Shown here piece after piece: positions 49,030-59,056 of a DNA stretch of 64,000 nucleotides; position 1 is the stretch's first letter, and each line of letters opens with the position of its first letter. The stretch is from an uncultured Solibacteraceae bacterium (lineage in GTDB: Bacteria > Acidobacteriota > Terriglobia > Bryobacterales > Bryobacteraceae): contig CAYYID010000007.1 of NCBI GenBank assembly GCA_964471915.1, positions 35,567 through 99,566 on the forward strand. Direction: 5' to 3'. Both the position numbers and the translations under genes were made by a program. The notes under the pieces were generated by a model. That model ran no database searches, was not told the origin of the DNA, and saw only the letters and a list, made by a program, of their open reading frames with translations.

Positions 49030-49203
49030 TAGATTTCTAGTGTATTCCTCTTCGGCCGCGGCGTAGAGGGTCGGTTGAATCAGCTTGCAACGAGAGTTCT
49101 TCACCAACTCCTTTATTCGGCTAGTTTCGCCATTTCTTCACTAGGAGTCAAGACCGGAATTCGAAGGACCCCTCCCGCAGACCTACCACATCGGCCGCGG
49201 CGC

Positions 49204-50481
49204 TTAGCGCCGCCCCGGAACCAGCGACGGCGCTTCCACCAGCGACTGGTAGACCAGCGTGCGGAACTTGTCCTGGATGTCGGAGCCGCCCGCGGGGATG
49301 AGCTGGGTCATCATCAGCGCGACCAGTCCCTCGGCGGGAGCCACCCAGTAGGTGGTGAAGTACGCGCCGCCCCAGCCGAATTCGCCCTGGGAGGCCAGGC
49401 GTCCGGTCTTGCCGATGTCCTCGACGATGGAGAACCCGAGGCCGAAGCTCATCCCCTCCTGGCCGTAGAGATTGCCGGTCTGGTTCGAGATCATGGCGCG
49501 GACAGAGGCGGGGCTGAGCAGGCGGGCGCCGGCAAGCTCGCCGCCGTTCAGCAGCATCTGGAGGAAGCGGCCGTAGTCGGCCGCCGTGGAGATCAGGCCC
49601 GCGCCGCCGGCGAAGCACTTGCGGGGACCGTCGACGTACTCGCCCTGGCCTTCGCGGCCCCGGTCCGGAGCGCGGCGGATGCGGCCGTCGTCGCCCATGC
49701 CATAGACCGCCGCCAGGCGCGACGCCTTGTCGCGCGGGACGAAAAAGAACGTGTCCTTCATCTCCAGCGGATCGAAGATGCGCTTCGCGAAGAACTGGTC
49801 GAGGGGCAGGCCGGAGGCGACCTCGACCACGCGGCCGAGGATATCGGTGTTGTAGCCGTAGACCCATTTCTCGCCGGGCTGCGCGTCGAAGGGCAGACGC
49901 GCGAGGCGGTCGATGACGGCGGAGAGGGGTTCGTCCTTGTCGGCGAGGTACCACATGTAGGCTCCGGCGGCCTTGTACTGCGCTTCGGCGGCGTTGGTGC
50001 CATAGGAGACGCCGGCGGTGTGGGTCAGCAGGTCGCGGATGGTGATGGCGCGCCGGGCGGGGACCGCGCCGGGAGGCGCGCCCGCGGGTCCGGGAGCGGC
50101 GACGGTGGTGTTGCGGAAGGCGGGGATGAACTTCGCCACGGGGTCGCCCAGGCGGACCTTGCCCTCTTCGACCAGCATCATCACGGCCACGCTGGTGACG
50201 GCCTTCGATTGCGACGCGATGCGGAACAGCGTGTCCGGATCCATCCGCTTGCCGGCCTCAACGTCCTGCATGCCGTAGGCGCGCTGGTGGATAATCTTGC
50301 CGTGGCGGGCGATGTAGGTGACGGCGCCGGCGATGCGGCGCTCGCGGACGTAGTCCTCCATGACGGCGTCGAGGCGCTTGAGGCGGTCGGAAGAGACGCC
50401 GGCGGATTCGGGTGCGGCGACGGGGAGTCCGGCGGCCAGGGCGGAACAGGCGGCGGTGAAGGCGAGCAGGAGAGGGCGCAT
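49204..50481 (-). CDS. beta-lactamase-family serine hydrolase, secreted
   Basis: SxxK (ASQSKAVT) motif; signal peptide MRPLLLAFTAACSALA from the ATG at 50481. Confidence 0.8.
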   Translation of the reverse strand: MRPLLLAFTAACSALAAGLPVAAPESAGVSSDRLKRLDAVMEDYVRERRIAGAVTYIARHGKIIHQRAYGMQDVEAGKRMDPDTLFRIASQSKAVTSVAVMMLVEEGKVRLGDPVAKFIPAFRNTTVAAPGPAGAPPGAVPARRAITIRDLLTHTAGVSYGTNAAEAQYKAAGAYMWYLADKDEPLSAVIDRLARLPFDAQPGEKWVYGYNTDILGRVVEVASGLPLDQFFAKRIFDPLEMKDTFFFVPRDKASRLAAVYGMGDDGRIRRAPDRGREGQGEYVDGPRKCFAGGAGLISTAADYGRFLQMLLNGGELAGARLLSPASVRAMISNQTGNLYGQEGMSFGLGFSIVEDIGKTGRLASQGEFGWGGAYFTTYWVAPAEGLVALMMTQLIPAGGSDIQDKFRTLVYQSLVEAPSLVPGRR

Positions 50482-50551
50482 CGGGGTCACGCCCCGTATG
50501 CTACCGCAGCGGTGAGATCGGCGCGGATCCTGTTGTTGCCATACTTGCCCT

Positions 50552-51544
50552 ATGCGCGTGTTGGTTTACGACACCCACTCCTATGACCGGACTTTTCTCG
50601 ACGCCGCGAACGGCGGGCGTCACCGGCTCGAATACACCACTGCACAACTCGACCCGCACACGGCCGCGCTCGCCGATGGCTACGAGGCCGTCTGCCTCTT
50701 CGTGAACGACCGCGCGGACGCCGCGGCGCTCGAGCGTTTGGCCGCGGGCGGCGTACGCCTGATCGCCCAGCGCTCGACGGGTTTCAACAACATCGACCTG
50801 CCGGCCGCGGCGCGGCTGGGCATCGCGGCCGCGCGCGTCGCATACTACTCGCCGCACTCGGTGGCGGAGTTTGCCGCCGGGCTGCTGCAAACCCTGAACC
50901 GGCGCATCCACCGCGCCTACAACCGGACCCGCGAGTTCAACTTCCGGCTCGCCGGCCTGCTGGGGCGCGACCTGCATGGCCGCACCGTGGGCGTCATCGG
51001 CACCGGAAAGATCGGCTCGGTTTTTGCGCGCATCATGCACGGCTTCGGTTGTCCGCTGCTGGCCAGTGACGTGCGGGAGAACCCGGAGGTAGTCGCCCTG
51101 GGCGCGCAGTACGTTCCAGTGGAGGAATTGCTGCGCCGCTCCGATATCGTCAGCCTGCACGCGCCGCTGGTGCCCGCCACCCGCCACTTGCTCAACGCCG
51201 CCACGCTGGCGCTCACTCGTCCCGGAGTGATGATCATAAACACCAGCCGCGGCGGCCTGATCGACACCGAGGCGTTGATCGCCGCGGTGCAGAGCGGTCA
51301 CGTCGGGGCGGTGGGCCTCGACGTGTACGAGGAGGAAGAGGGCGTCTTCTTCCGCGACCTTTCCGAGACGGTGATCGCGGACGAGGTGCTGGCGCGGCTG
51401 ATGACGTTCCCGAACGTCCTGGTGACGAGTCACCAGGCGTTTTTCACGCAGGACGCGATGAGCACCATCGCGGCGACGGCGATCCGGAACCTCACGGACT
51501 TTGAGGAAGGGCGCGAGAACGAGAACTGGCTGCGGGTCCCGTAG
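50552..51544 (+). CDS. ldhA: D-isomer-specific 2-hydroxyacid dehydrogenase (D-lactate dehydrogenase-like)
   Basis: GVIGTGKIG NAD-binding motif and the typical LdhA length and layout. Confidence 0.85.
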   Translation: MRVLVYDTHSYDRTFLDAANGGRHRLEYTTAQLDPHTAALADGYEAVCLFVNDRADAAALERLAAGGVRLIAQRSTGFNNIDLPAAARLGIAAARVAYYSPHSVAEFAAGLLQTLNRRIHRAYNRTREFNFRLAGLLGRDLHGRTVGVIGTGKIGSVFARIMHGFGCPLLASDVRENPEVVALGAQYVPVEELLRRSDIVSLHAPLVPATRHLLNAATLALTRPGVMIINTSRGGLIDTEALIAAVQSGHVGAVGLDVYEEEEGVFFRDLSETVIADEVLARLMTFPNVLVTSHQAFFTQDAMSTIAATAIRNLTDFEEGRENENWLRVP

Positions 51545-51561
51545 AGGATCCTGCGCTGCCG

Positions 51562-52557
51562 CTACGGCCGCGCGAGGAACGTCTGCATCGCGGCCAGAAC
51601 ATCGTCGCCGCGATCGAACCAACAGTAGTGATTCGCGCGGTCGTACACGACAACCTGCGCATGCGGGTTGTTCTTCAGGGCCGCGATGCTGCTCTGCTGG
51701 TACTCGGAAAACACCCGCGCGACATCCTGGAAGTCCGCGCGTTTCTCCGCGGGAAGGTCGTCCAGGATGTTCGAAATGGCGAAGAAGCTCAGCGCGGGCG
51801 ACGCCAGCTTCGCATAGTCCAGCTTCGCCTTCACGGTCCCTTCGCGGAGCGCCGGAACCGGGGGAAACGGCCGCGGCTTGAGCGAGCCGTCCGCCGCGCG
51901 GACGAATCCCTCGCGCGCCTCGGCCTCCAGTGACTCGTTCCAGAGGCTCCCGAACCTCGCCTTACCTCCGGCGATGGTGCGCTCCAGCAGCGTCGCCTCG
52001 GGCGGCAGCTTGGGGAGCCTGGCCAGCATCGCCGCCATCATCGCGGACTCGGCCTTCGACAGCTCAGCCGGCAGGCGCGACCGGTCGTACGCGGCGTCCA
52101 GATAGACCAGCTTGACCACGCGCGCCGGATACGCCATCGCAAAGGCCGTCAATTCGTCCCCCGCGAGCGAGTGACCGACGAGGACCGCCTTTGGGATTTT
52201 CATTGCGTCCAGGAACGCCGCGAGATCCGCCACCCGGGCTGGAACGTCGTAGCCGGTGTCCGGCCGGTCCGATTGTCCGAATCCGCGGCGGGTCATGCCG
52301 ATAGCATGGAAGGCGGGCGTCTTCCCGCTGGATTGCGTGAACTTGGGCGCCAGAGTGTCGAACACGTGCGCCGTGTTGCCGAGCCCGGCGAGAAAGACCA
52401 TCGCGTCGCCCGACCCGCCCCAATCCAGGAAGTGCAGCCGGACGCCGTTGGCCTCGACGAGGCCGCTCCGGTGGGGAGAAGCATCTTGCCACGGGTCCGC
52501 CGCTTGCGCCCGCAGGACGGCGCACACCAGGGCGAGCAAGGGAAGGAGCAGCTTCAT
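51562..52557 (-). CDS. alpha/beta hydrolase, secreted
   Basis: Signal peptide; HGLGNTAH... fold; GHSLAG nucleophile elbow. Confidence 0.75.
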   Translation of the reverse strand: MKLLLPLLALVCAVLRAQAADPWQDASPHRSGLVEANGVRLHFLDWGGSGDAMVFLAGLGNTAHVFDTLAPKFTQSSGKTPAFHAIGMTRRGFGQSDRPDTGYDVPARVADLAAFLDAMKIPKAVLVGHSLAGDELTAFAMAYPARVVKLVYLDAAYDRSRLPAELSKAESAMMAAMLARLPKLPPEATLLERTIAGGKARFGSLWNESLEAEAREGFVRAADGSLKPRPFPPVPALREGTVKAKLDYAKLASPALSFFAISNILDDLPAEKRADFQDVARVFSEYQQSSIAALKNNPHAQVVVYDRANHYCWFDRGDDVLAAMQTFLARP

Positions 52558-52760
52558 GGGGTCGATGCTAGCACGCTGGTTCGGCAGGGACGGCGCGGGA
52601 TCGACGCAGAGCCTTGCGGGGCTTGTCGCTTGTTGACGCCGGGCGGCTCTGCGGACTTTGGTCCTCGGCTACAGGCGGGGTAAGTCCGAGCCGGTTCTCG
52701 ATCCAACAGGTTTTTCACCAGAGCCCGAGCCAGTTCGGCGGCAGTCGGGCGGGAGCAAGC

Positions 52761-53861
52761 TCAGGAGCCGAAGCAGTAGAGCTTGCCGTCCTGCGCGCCG
52801 ATCACGATGCGGCCCTGGGACACGGCGGGCGAGGCGGACAGCGGCGCGCCCGCCGTGAACTCCCACAGCTTCGCGCCGGTCTTCAGGTTCAGGACATAGA
52901 AGTTCCCGTCGTTCGAACCGACGAAGACGCGCTCGCCGACCACCGCTGGCGAGGACTCGACGCGCGCCTTGGTCCCGAAACTCCACACGATGCGGCCGGT
53001 CTTCTCTTCCAGTCCATAGACGAACTTGTCGCGGCCGCCCAGGATCGCCTTGCCATCGGCGAGCGCGGCCGAGGAGTAGAACGGAAACTGGCGCTTCGGG
53101 TTCTCATACCGCCACAGGCGCTTCTTGGTCTTGAGGTCGAAAGCCAGCACGTCGTTGTCGTAGGTGCCGAAGTACGCGACCCCAGCGCCCATCGCCGGCG
53201 AGGCGCCGATGTAGGATCCCGTGGGGATCTGGTTGATTTCCTTGCCGTCGGTGACGCGGATGCCGCGCAGGACGCCGTCACAGCCCGAGATGTAAGCCAG
53301 CCCGTCGGCCACCGCCGCGGTGGCGTGCACCGGTCCGTTGGTCTTGAACTCCCAGGCTTTCTTGCCGTCCTTGAGCGAGATGCCGTACAGGTTGCCGTCG
53401 TAGGACCCGATCACCACGCGGTCGCCGACGATCACCGGCGAGGCTTTGATCTCGTTCTGCGCGGTGAAGAGCCAAGCCTGCTGGCCGTCCTTGACGTTCA
53501 CCGCGTAGACATTGCCGCCGAGGTCGCCCGCCACCACGAGGCCCTGCGCTACGGCGGGCGAGGACTCGCCGATCGGTTCCTTGGTCTTGAAACGCCACCG
53601 GACTTTGCCGTCGGCGAGGTTCAGCGCGAGGATCTCGCCGGCCTGGGAGCCGAGGTAGACCACGCCGTCGGCGATGGCCGCGGACGACTCGATGGGCTCT
53701 CCGGCGTCGAACGTCCAGAGCAATTTCAGATTGGCGGGTACCGGCGAGGCGGTAACGCCGGTGAGGCGCGGGTTGCCGCGGAACTGCGGCCAGTCGTCCT
53801 TAGCCTGGGCCAGTAGGGCCGGGGCGCAGAGCGCCGCGAGCGGCAGCATCAGTAGGCGCAT
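52761..53861 (-). CDS. PQQ-repeat beta-propeller protein (BamB-like fold), secreted
   Basis: Repeated ...G.VYVGS.DG.LYALN..TG...W.F... blades. Signal peptide from the ATG at 53861. Confidence 0.8.
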   Translation of the reverse strand: MRLLMLPLAALCAPALLAQAKDDWPQFRGNPRLTGVTASPVPANLKLLWTFDAGEPIESSAAIADGVVYLGSQAGEILALNLADGKVRWRFKTKEPIGESSPAVAQGLVVAGDLGGNVYAVNVKDGQQAWLFTAQNEIKASPVIVGDRVVIGSYDGNLYGISLKDGKKAWEFKTNGPVHATAAVADGLAYISGCDGVLRGIRVTDGKEINQIPTGSYIGASPAMGAGVAYFGTYDNDVLAFDLKTKKRLWRYENPKRQFPFYSSAALADGKAILGGRDKFVYGLEEKTGRIVWSFGTKARVESSPAVVGERVFVGSNDGNFYVLNLKTGAKLWEFTAGAPLSASPAVSQGRIVIGAQDGKLYCFGS

Positions 53862-54946
53862 TGATAGATCTCCATGGCTCCCGCCGCGTCGAACGGCCGG
53901 GGATTGAACTTGCCGGTCCACTGGAGCGCGGCGGCGGCGGCGAGTTTGGGGAAGCTGGCTTCAGGGATCTCCAGTTCACGCAAGCCGCCCGGCAGGCCGG
54001 CCGCCTCGGCCATGCCCCGCAGCCGGTTCTTGAGGTCCGCGTGCAGGTCCCGGTAGCTGACCGCCTGCTCGTTCCAGTGCACCACGTGCCGCAGCAGCGT
54101 GGCGATGGCCACGCCGTGGATGACGCCGAAATCGGCGGTGAGGGGATTGGCGCAGGCGTGCGTGGAGCCGAGCATCGAGTTCTCGATCGCCCAGCCGGCG
54201 AGATAAGCGCCCACCTGCATGGCGCCGCGCGCCTCGATGTCGTCCGGGTGCGTGAGCACGCGCTCGAAGTTGCCTTCGAGCAACCGCCAGGCCTCGCGGG
54301 AGAAGCACTCGGAAATGGGCGTCCGCCGCGTGGTGACGAAGGTCTCGACCGCGTGTGAGACGGCGTCATAGCCCGAGGCGGCGGTGACGGCGCGCGGCTG
54401 GGTCACGGTGAGTTCGGGGTCGAGGATCGCGACGCGGAACGCGGCCTGCGGGTCGCCGCACGCCATCTTTACGTGCGTGGCGGCGTCGGAAATGATGGCG
54501 TAAGTTTGCGCCTCGCTGCCCGTGCCCGCGGTGGTCGGGACTCCGATCATCGGCAGCATGGGTCGCGTGGCCTTGCCCCAGCCCCAGTAGTCGTGCATCG
54601 CGCCGCCGTTGGTGAGGACGAAGTTGATGGCCTTGGCGCAGTCGAGCGAACTGCCGCCGCCGAGGGCGGCAATCAGGTCCGGGCGGGCGTCGGCGGCGGC
54701 CAGCCGGCCGGCTTCCACCTGGGCGGTGTCGGGGTTCGGGCCGAAGCCACTGAACTCGAAGACTTCGATCCGGGATCCTTCAAACGCGCGGCGGGCGCGG
54801 GCCGCGTAACCGGCTGCGATCATCCCCGGGTCCGTGACCAGGAGGACGCGGTGCGCGCCGAGTTCGCGCGCGATTTCGCCGAGGCGCGCCAGCGTTCCCG
54901 GCCCGGAGAGAACCCGGGTGCGGACAGGAAGGTCGAAGGGTGTCAT
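53849..54946 (-). CDS. iron-containing alcohol dehydrogenase
   Basis: GGGSSLDCAKAI and Fe-ADH histidine motifs. Confidence 0.85.
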   Translation of the reverse strand: MTPFDLPVRTRVLSGPGTLARLGEIARELGAHRVLLVTDPGMIAAGYAARARRAFEGSRIEVFEFSGFGPNPDTAQVEAGRLAAADARPDLIAALGGGSSLDCAKAINFVLTNGGAMHDYWGWGKATRPMLPMIGVPTTAGTGSEAQTYAIISDAATHVKMACGDPQAAFRVAILDPELTVTQPRAVTAASGYDAVSHAVETFVTTRRTPISECFSREAWRLLEGNFERVLTHPDDIEARGAMQVGAYLAGWAIENSMLGSTHACANPLTADFGVIHGVAIATLLRHVVHWNEQAVSYRDLHADLKNRLRGMAEAAGLPGGLRELEIPEASFPKLAAAAALQWTGKFNPRPFDAAGAMEIYQCAY

Positions 54947-55135
54947 GGCCCAGTGCGAGCGGAGGTAATCCCAGTATATCGACGCTCGGGCGGACGGAAA
55001 GTCGCAGAATCAGCGGGGACAGCGCGCGAGCCGCCAGCGCTGCCGGCGAGGATCCGGAAGCGTTTGCTCGCGCGCTTCCTGAAGTAAGAACGGGCGGGAG
55101 GTCCGGCGGTTAGGCGGCCGCCTGCTGCCGCGGCG

Positions 55136-55624
55136 CTACACTTTGCGGCGCGCCCAGAATATGAAATCGGCCAGCGGCGGCTCCTCGCCCAACGTCCGGA
55201 ATAGCTGCGCGATCTGCGCCCGGTGGTGGATCGAGTGCCCGAACAACTGCGTCAGGATCTCCTGCACCGTGTTCTCGTAGCTCTCGCCTTCGGTGCTCCG
55301 GTAGGCGATCACCCGCTCCGTTTCGGCCTCGTCGAGCTTCGCGAAGTGGGCGTCCCACTCGGCTTCCATGTCCGAGATGCGCTGCTTCACCTCCGCCAGG
55401 GGCAGCCCCTTAGGGAAGAACCCCTCCGGCGACTCGGCCCGCACGCCCATCCGGAACAACCAGAAGAGCCGCGCCACCGCCAGGTGCGTCAGGTGATCCA
55501 GGATCTGCTGGTACTCGGCGCGCGCTCCGTGGCGCGGCGCCAAGGTGTCCAACTGCTCGAACAGAACGCGGTAGGCTGCCTTCTCATACTCGAAGTTGCG
55601 GCGGAAGTGTTCGGCGATGGTCAT
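55136..55624 (-). CDS. DinB/YfiT-like family protein
   Basis: Four-helix DinB_2 signature with HSIHHRAQI. Confidence 0.8.
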   Translation of the reverse strand: MTIAEHFRRNFEYEKAAYRVLFEQLDTLAPRHGARAEYQQILDHLTHLAVARLFWLFRMGVRAESPEGFFPKGLPLAEVKQRISDMEAEWDAHFAKLDEAETERVIAYRSTEGESYENTVQEILTQLFGHSIHHRAQIAQLFRTLGEEPPLADFIFWARRKV

Positions 55625-55627
55625 GTC

Positions 55628-56260
55628 TCAGTACCCGATAAGAGGCGTCTGGTGCAGGTATTCGTTCGAAGTCAACTGTTCCACGGTGAACTTCGCCACG
55701 TCGCCCACGGAGACTTCGGTCATGGTAACGCCGTCCAGCTTCGTCGCCACCCGCAGCTCGCCCGGACGGGACGGACCCTCCACGAACGACACCGGACGCA
55801 CGATCACCCAATCCAGGCCGCTGGCCTTGATCAGCTCCTCCTGCCGGGTCTTGTCCTCATAGAGCGGCTTGGTGATCAGCGGATAGACGATGTTGTCGTA
55901 CACGAATCCGCCGTGGCCTTTGCTGTCGCCGGCGCCGATGCCGGTGATGGCGACCAGGCGCTGGATGCCGTTCGTCTTCATCACCTCGAGCAGGACCTTC
56001 GTGGAGTCCGAGAACAAGGTGGTCGCCCGCCCGGGAGGCGCGCCGATGGCCTGCACCACCGCGTCATAGCCCAGCGAGATGCGCTGCAGGACCCGGTCGT
56101 CCATGGCGTCGCCGGGCATCACGGTCAGCTTCGGGTGCCGCAAGTTCGCGAGCTTGGCCGCGTTGCGGACCAGCGCCAGCACCTCGTGGCCGCGCTCCAG
56201 CGCTTCCGCCACCACCAGCCGGCCCACACGTCCGGCTCCGCCCAGAACCATTACCTTCAT
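55628..56260 (-). CDS. NAD(P)H-binding (NmrA/atypical SDR-like) oxidoreductase
   Basis: MKVMVLGGAGRVG Rossmann motif; 210 aa. Confidence 0.8.
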   Translation of the reverse strand: MKVMVLGGAGRVGRLVVAEALERGHEVLALVRNAAKLANLRHPKLTVMPGDAMDDRVLQRISLGYDAVVQAIGAPPGRATTLFSDSTKVLLEVMKTNGIQRLVAITGIGAGDSKGHGGFVYDNIVYPLITKPLYEDKTRQEELIKASGLDWVIVRPVSFVEGPSRPGELRVATKLDGVTMTEVSVGDVAKFTVEQLTSNEYLHQTPLIGY

Positions 56261-56302
56261 CAAAACTCCCGAGTCAACGTGGAAAATAGAGTGGAGACCT
56301 TC

Positions 56303-57403
56303 ATGATAGCGCGACTTCTGCTTTTTCCGGTCGTGGCGGCGGCCGCCACCAGTGCGTACCTCGACAACTTCGGGCACGTGATGATCCGCACCAGCCTGGC
56401 GGCGTATCCGGCCACCACCCGGCGCGCCGCCGAGCTGTCGCTGAGCGCCGACGGACGCCTGCTGCTGTTCACCCGCGACGAGGAGGGCACGGCCCGTTCG
56501 CTGCTGGTGTGCGACACGCACACCCGCCGCTCCCGCGTGCTGGTCTCCGGCGAGGTCCGCTCCGGACACTTCGCGCCGGGCGGCGATCGCGTGGCGTTCT
56601 TGAAGTACAGCGGGCAGAACTGGCAGCTTTGGGTGACGCCGCTCGACGACGCCCAGAAAGCCGCACCGGTGTACCGCGAGAACCTGGAAGGTTTCTCGGG
56701 CTGGTCCGCGGACGGCAGCGCCCTGCTCGCCTTCGACGCCAACGCCGTGCTCTGGATTTCGCCGGAGGGCCGCGTGCTGCGCTCGGTCCCGCGCGCGGAG
56801 ATCTACGGAACGCAATTGCAGCGGATGTCGAGCGACCGGATCCGGCTGCGTCCCAGCCAGCCGGACGTGCTGCTGCTGACGGCCTACTTCGCCGAGGCGC
56901 CGCGCAACGCGCCGGTCGACGAATCCGGCAACTTCTCCGGGGTCTTCACCTACGATCTGCGCGCGAAGAAGCTGCAGCCCGTCACCGGGCCGGACTTCTA
57001 CGGCACTTCTGGGGAGTGGTCCGCCGCCGGGGACCGCATCCTGCTCACCCGGCGCGAACCGAGCGGGCGGACGGCGATCTACCAGACGCCGTGGCGCGGC
57101 GCGGGGTTCAGCCGGATCGCCGCGGGATCGGGGATGGTGGAATCCGGCGCGGCGGAGCCGTTTGCGGGATTCTACGTGTTCTCCAGCCGGGGTTCTTCGC
57201 TGCAGTTATGCGCCGGACCCGAGGTGCAGGTCCGCGCCGCCGGGGAACTGGAGCAGAGTCTCCGGGCCGCGCACGCCCAGCATGCGGCCAGCGCCGGCGG
57301 GGGTATTTTCGTGGCTGGAACGGGCATCCGCACGACGGACGGCGGGCTCGCCGTCACCGCGTTGCGGGAGGTCCGCGCGCGGCGCTCCACGGACTGCCAG
57401 TAG
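56303..57403 (+). CDS. secreted hypothetical protein, probable beta-propeller
   Basis: GGAGA RBS; signal peptide MIARLLLFPVVAAAATSA; TolB-like repeated strands. This is the coding tail of the long ORF 55223..57403. Confidence 0.6.
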   Translation: MIARLLLFPVVAAAATSAYLDNFGHVMIRTSLAAYPATTRRAAELSLSADGRLLLFTRDEEGTARSLLVCDTHTRRSRVLVSGEVRSGHFAPGGDRVAFLKYSGQNWQLWVTPLDDAQKAAPVYRENLEGFSGWSADGSALLAFDANAVLWISPEGRVLRSVPRAEIYGTQLQRMSSDRIRLRPSQPDVLLLTAYFAEAPRNAPVDESGNFSGVFTYDLRAKKLQPVTGPDFYGTSGEWSAAGDRILLTRREPSGRTAIYQTPWRGAGFSRIAAGSGMVESGAAEPFAGFYVFSSRGSSLQLCAGPEVQVRAAGELEQSLRAAHAQHAASAGGGIFVAGTGIRTTDGGLAVTALREVRARRSTDCQ

Positions 57404-57452
57404 GGCGCGGACGGGATACGTTTTCCCGCTGGGCAGTCGATAGAATCGGTGC

Positions 57453-58817
57453 ATGGCCGCGCGCGCTAAGAAACCTCCCCTCACCCTGGCCTCCGCGGTC
57501 CTGAAGCGGCACTTCCCCCGGCTGCCGCTGGACCGCCTGATCGTCAGCAACCGGGAGTATCCGGTGCCTGCCCGGGTCGACTTGCAGCGCGCCCTGGACG
57601 ACGAACTCGGGCGCTATAGGGGTACCCGCCAACTCGGGATCCATTGCGAGAGCAATTACGAAACGCTGACGCTCGGGCATCTGCTCGGCAACCATCACTC
57701 CCGCGTCGTGGTTGGGCCGCTCCAATTCGATGAAATCGACCTCGGGGAGGCGGTTCCCGCCCGCTGCGTGCAGCGCGCCATGTGGCTCGCCACCGACGGG
57801 CGGATGCCCTTCGCCGTCATCCTCGGTCCCGTCAAGCAGGTGACCTTTTCCTCCGGCACCAACCTCGAGATCGCGGTCCCGCCCGGCGAACAGGGCGAGC
57901 GACTGGCGCGGAGCCTGCTCGACGCCATCGAGTTGCGCGTGCGGGGCGCCGCCTCGTACCGGGGCCGCGTCATCTCTCTCGAACAGACGGATCGCTATAG
58001 CGGCGCCATGGGGAACATCCGCGTCCACAAGCTCCGCACCGTGACGCGGGACCAGATCGTGCTGCCGGAGGCCACGCTTGCCATGCTGGACCGCAACGTC
58101 CTGGGCTTTGTCGCACAGCGCGGGAGGCTCAAGGCGCTCGGCATGCCGGGCAAGAAAGGACTCCTGTTTCACGGCCGCCCCGGCACCGGCAAAACGCATA
58201 CCATCCACTACCTGGCCGACGCCTTGCCGGATCATACGACGCTGCTGATCACCGCCGAGCAGGTGGGCATTCTCCATCACTACTTCCAGCTCGCCCGGTT
58301 TCTGCAGCCGGTCATCATCGTGATCGAGGACGCGGACCTGATTGCGCGCAGCCGCGAACAGATGTCGGGAAGCTGCGGCGCGGAGGCCTTGCTGAACCAG
58401 CTCCTGAACGAAATGGACGGCCTGCGCGAGGACGCCGAGATCCTGTTCATCCTGACCACGAACCGGCCCGACGAGATGGAGGCCGCCCTCGCGGCGCGCC
58501 CGGGCCGCATTGACCAGGCCATCGAATTCCCGCTCCCGGATGAGGACGGCCGACGGAAGCTGGTCCGGCTGTATGCGGGTGGGCTGGACCTGGACGAGGA
58601 CGCCGTCGCTTCGGTAGTGAACCGGACGGCCGGGGGCAGCGCGGCACTAATCAAGGAATTGATGCGCAGGGCGGCGCAATTTCTGATGGAGAGCGGGGAC
58701 CAGCGGATCAGAGCGGCGCATTTCGACGCGGCGCTCGAGGAGATGCTGTTCTCGGGTGGATCGTTGAACGCGGCGCTCCTGGGCGGCGGCGAGGTGGCCG
58801 GGGGACGGCCCAACTAA
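57453..58817 (+). CDS. classic-clade AAA+ ATPase with ~230-aa N-terminal domain of unknown function
   Basis: Walker A GRPGTGKTH, Walker B VIIVIEDADL, SRH region LNQLLNEMDGL...TTNRPDEMEAALAARPGRID. The N-domain resembles no family I recognise. Confidence 0.8.
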   Translation: MAARAKKPPLTLASAVLKRHFPRLPLDRLIVSNREYPVPARVDLQRALDDELGRYRGTRQLGIHCESNYETLTLGHLLGNHHSRVVVGPLQFDEIDLGEAVPARCVQRAMWLATDGRMPFAVILGPVKQVTFSSGTNLEIAVPPGEQGERLARSLLDAIELRVRGAASYRGRVISLEQTDRYSGAMGNIRVHKLRTVTRDQIVLPEATLAMLDRNVLGFVAQRGRLKALGMPGKKGLLFHGRPGTGKTHTIHYLADALPDHTTLLITAEQVGILHHYFQLARFLQPVIIVIEDADLIARSREQMSGSCGAEALLNQLLNEMDGLREDAEILFILTTNRPDEMEAALAARPGRIDQAIEFPLPDEDGRRKLVRLYAGGLDLDEDAVASVVNRTAGGSAALIKELMRRAAQFLMESGDQRIRAAHFDAALEEMLFSGGSLNAALLGGGEVAGGRPN

Positions 58818-58863
58818 GAGCTGCGCATCGGTACTCCAGGACTCCCCGCGGTACACTGGGGCC

Positions 58864-59055
58864 ATGACGTACCGGGTGATTCTACGCCGATCGGAGGAAG
58901 GCTTTGCGGTGTCCTGCCCGGAACTGCCGGGTTGTCAATCACAAGGTGCAACCGAGGGAGAGGCGCTCGAGAACATCCAGGATGCGATCCGGGAATACCT
59001 GGCCGCGCAGGCCATGCTGAAAGAGGGCGTCGAAATTCGCGAAGTGACGGTCTGA
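58864..59055 (+). CDS. hicB: HicB-family antitoxin (short form)
   Basis: YRVILRRSEEGFAVSCPELPGCQSQGATEGEALENIQDAIREYL, the canonical HicB N-domain. Confidence 0.8.
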   Translation: MTYRVILRRSEEGFAVSCPELPGCQSQGATEGEALENIQDAIREYLAAQAMLKEGVEIREVTV

Positions 59056-59056
59056 A

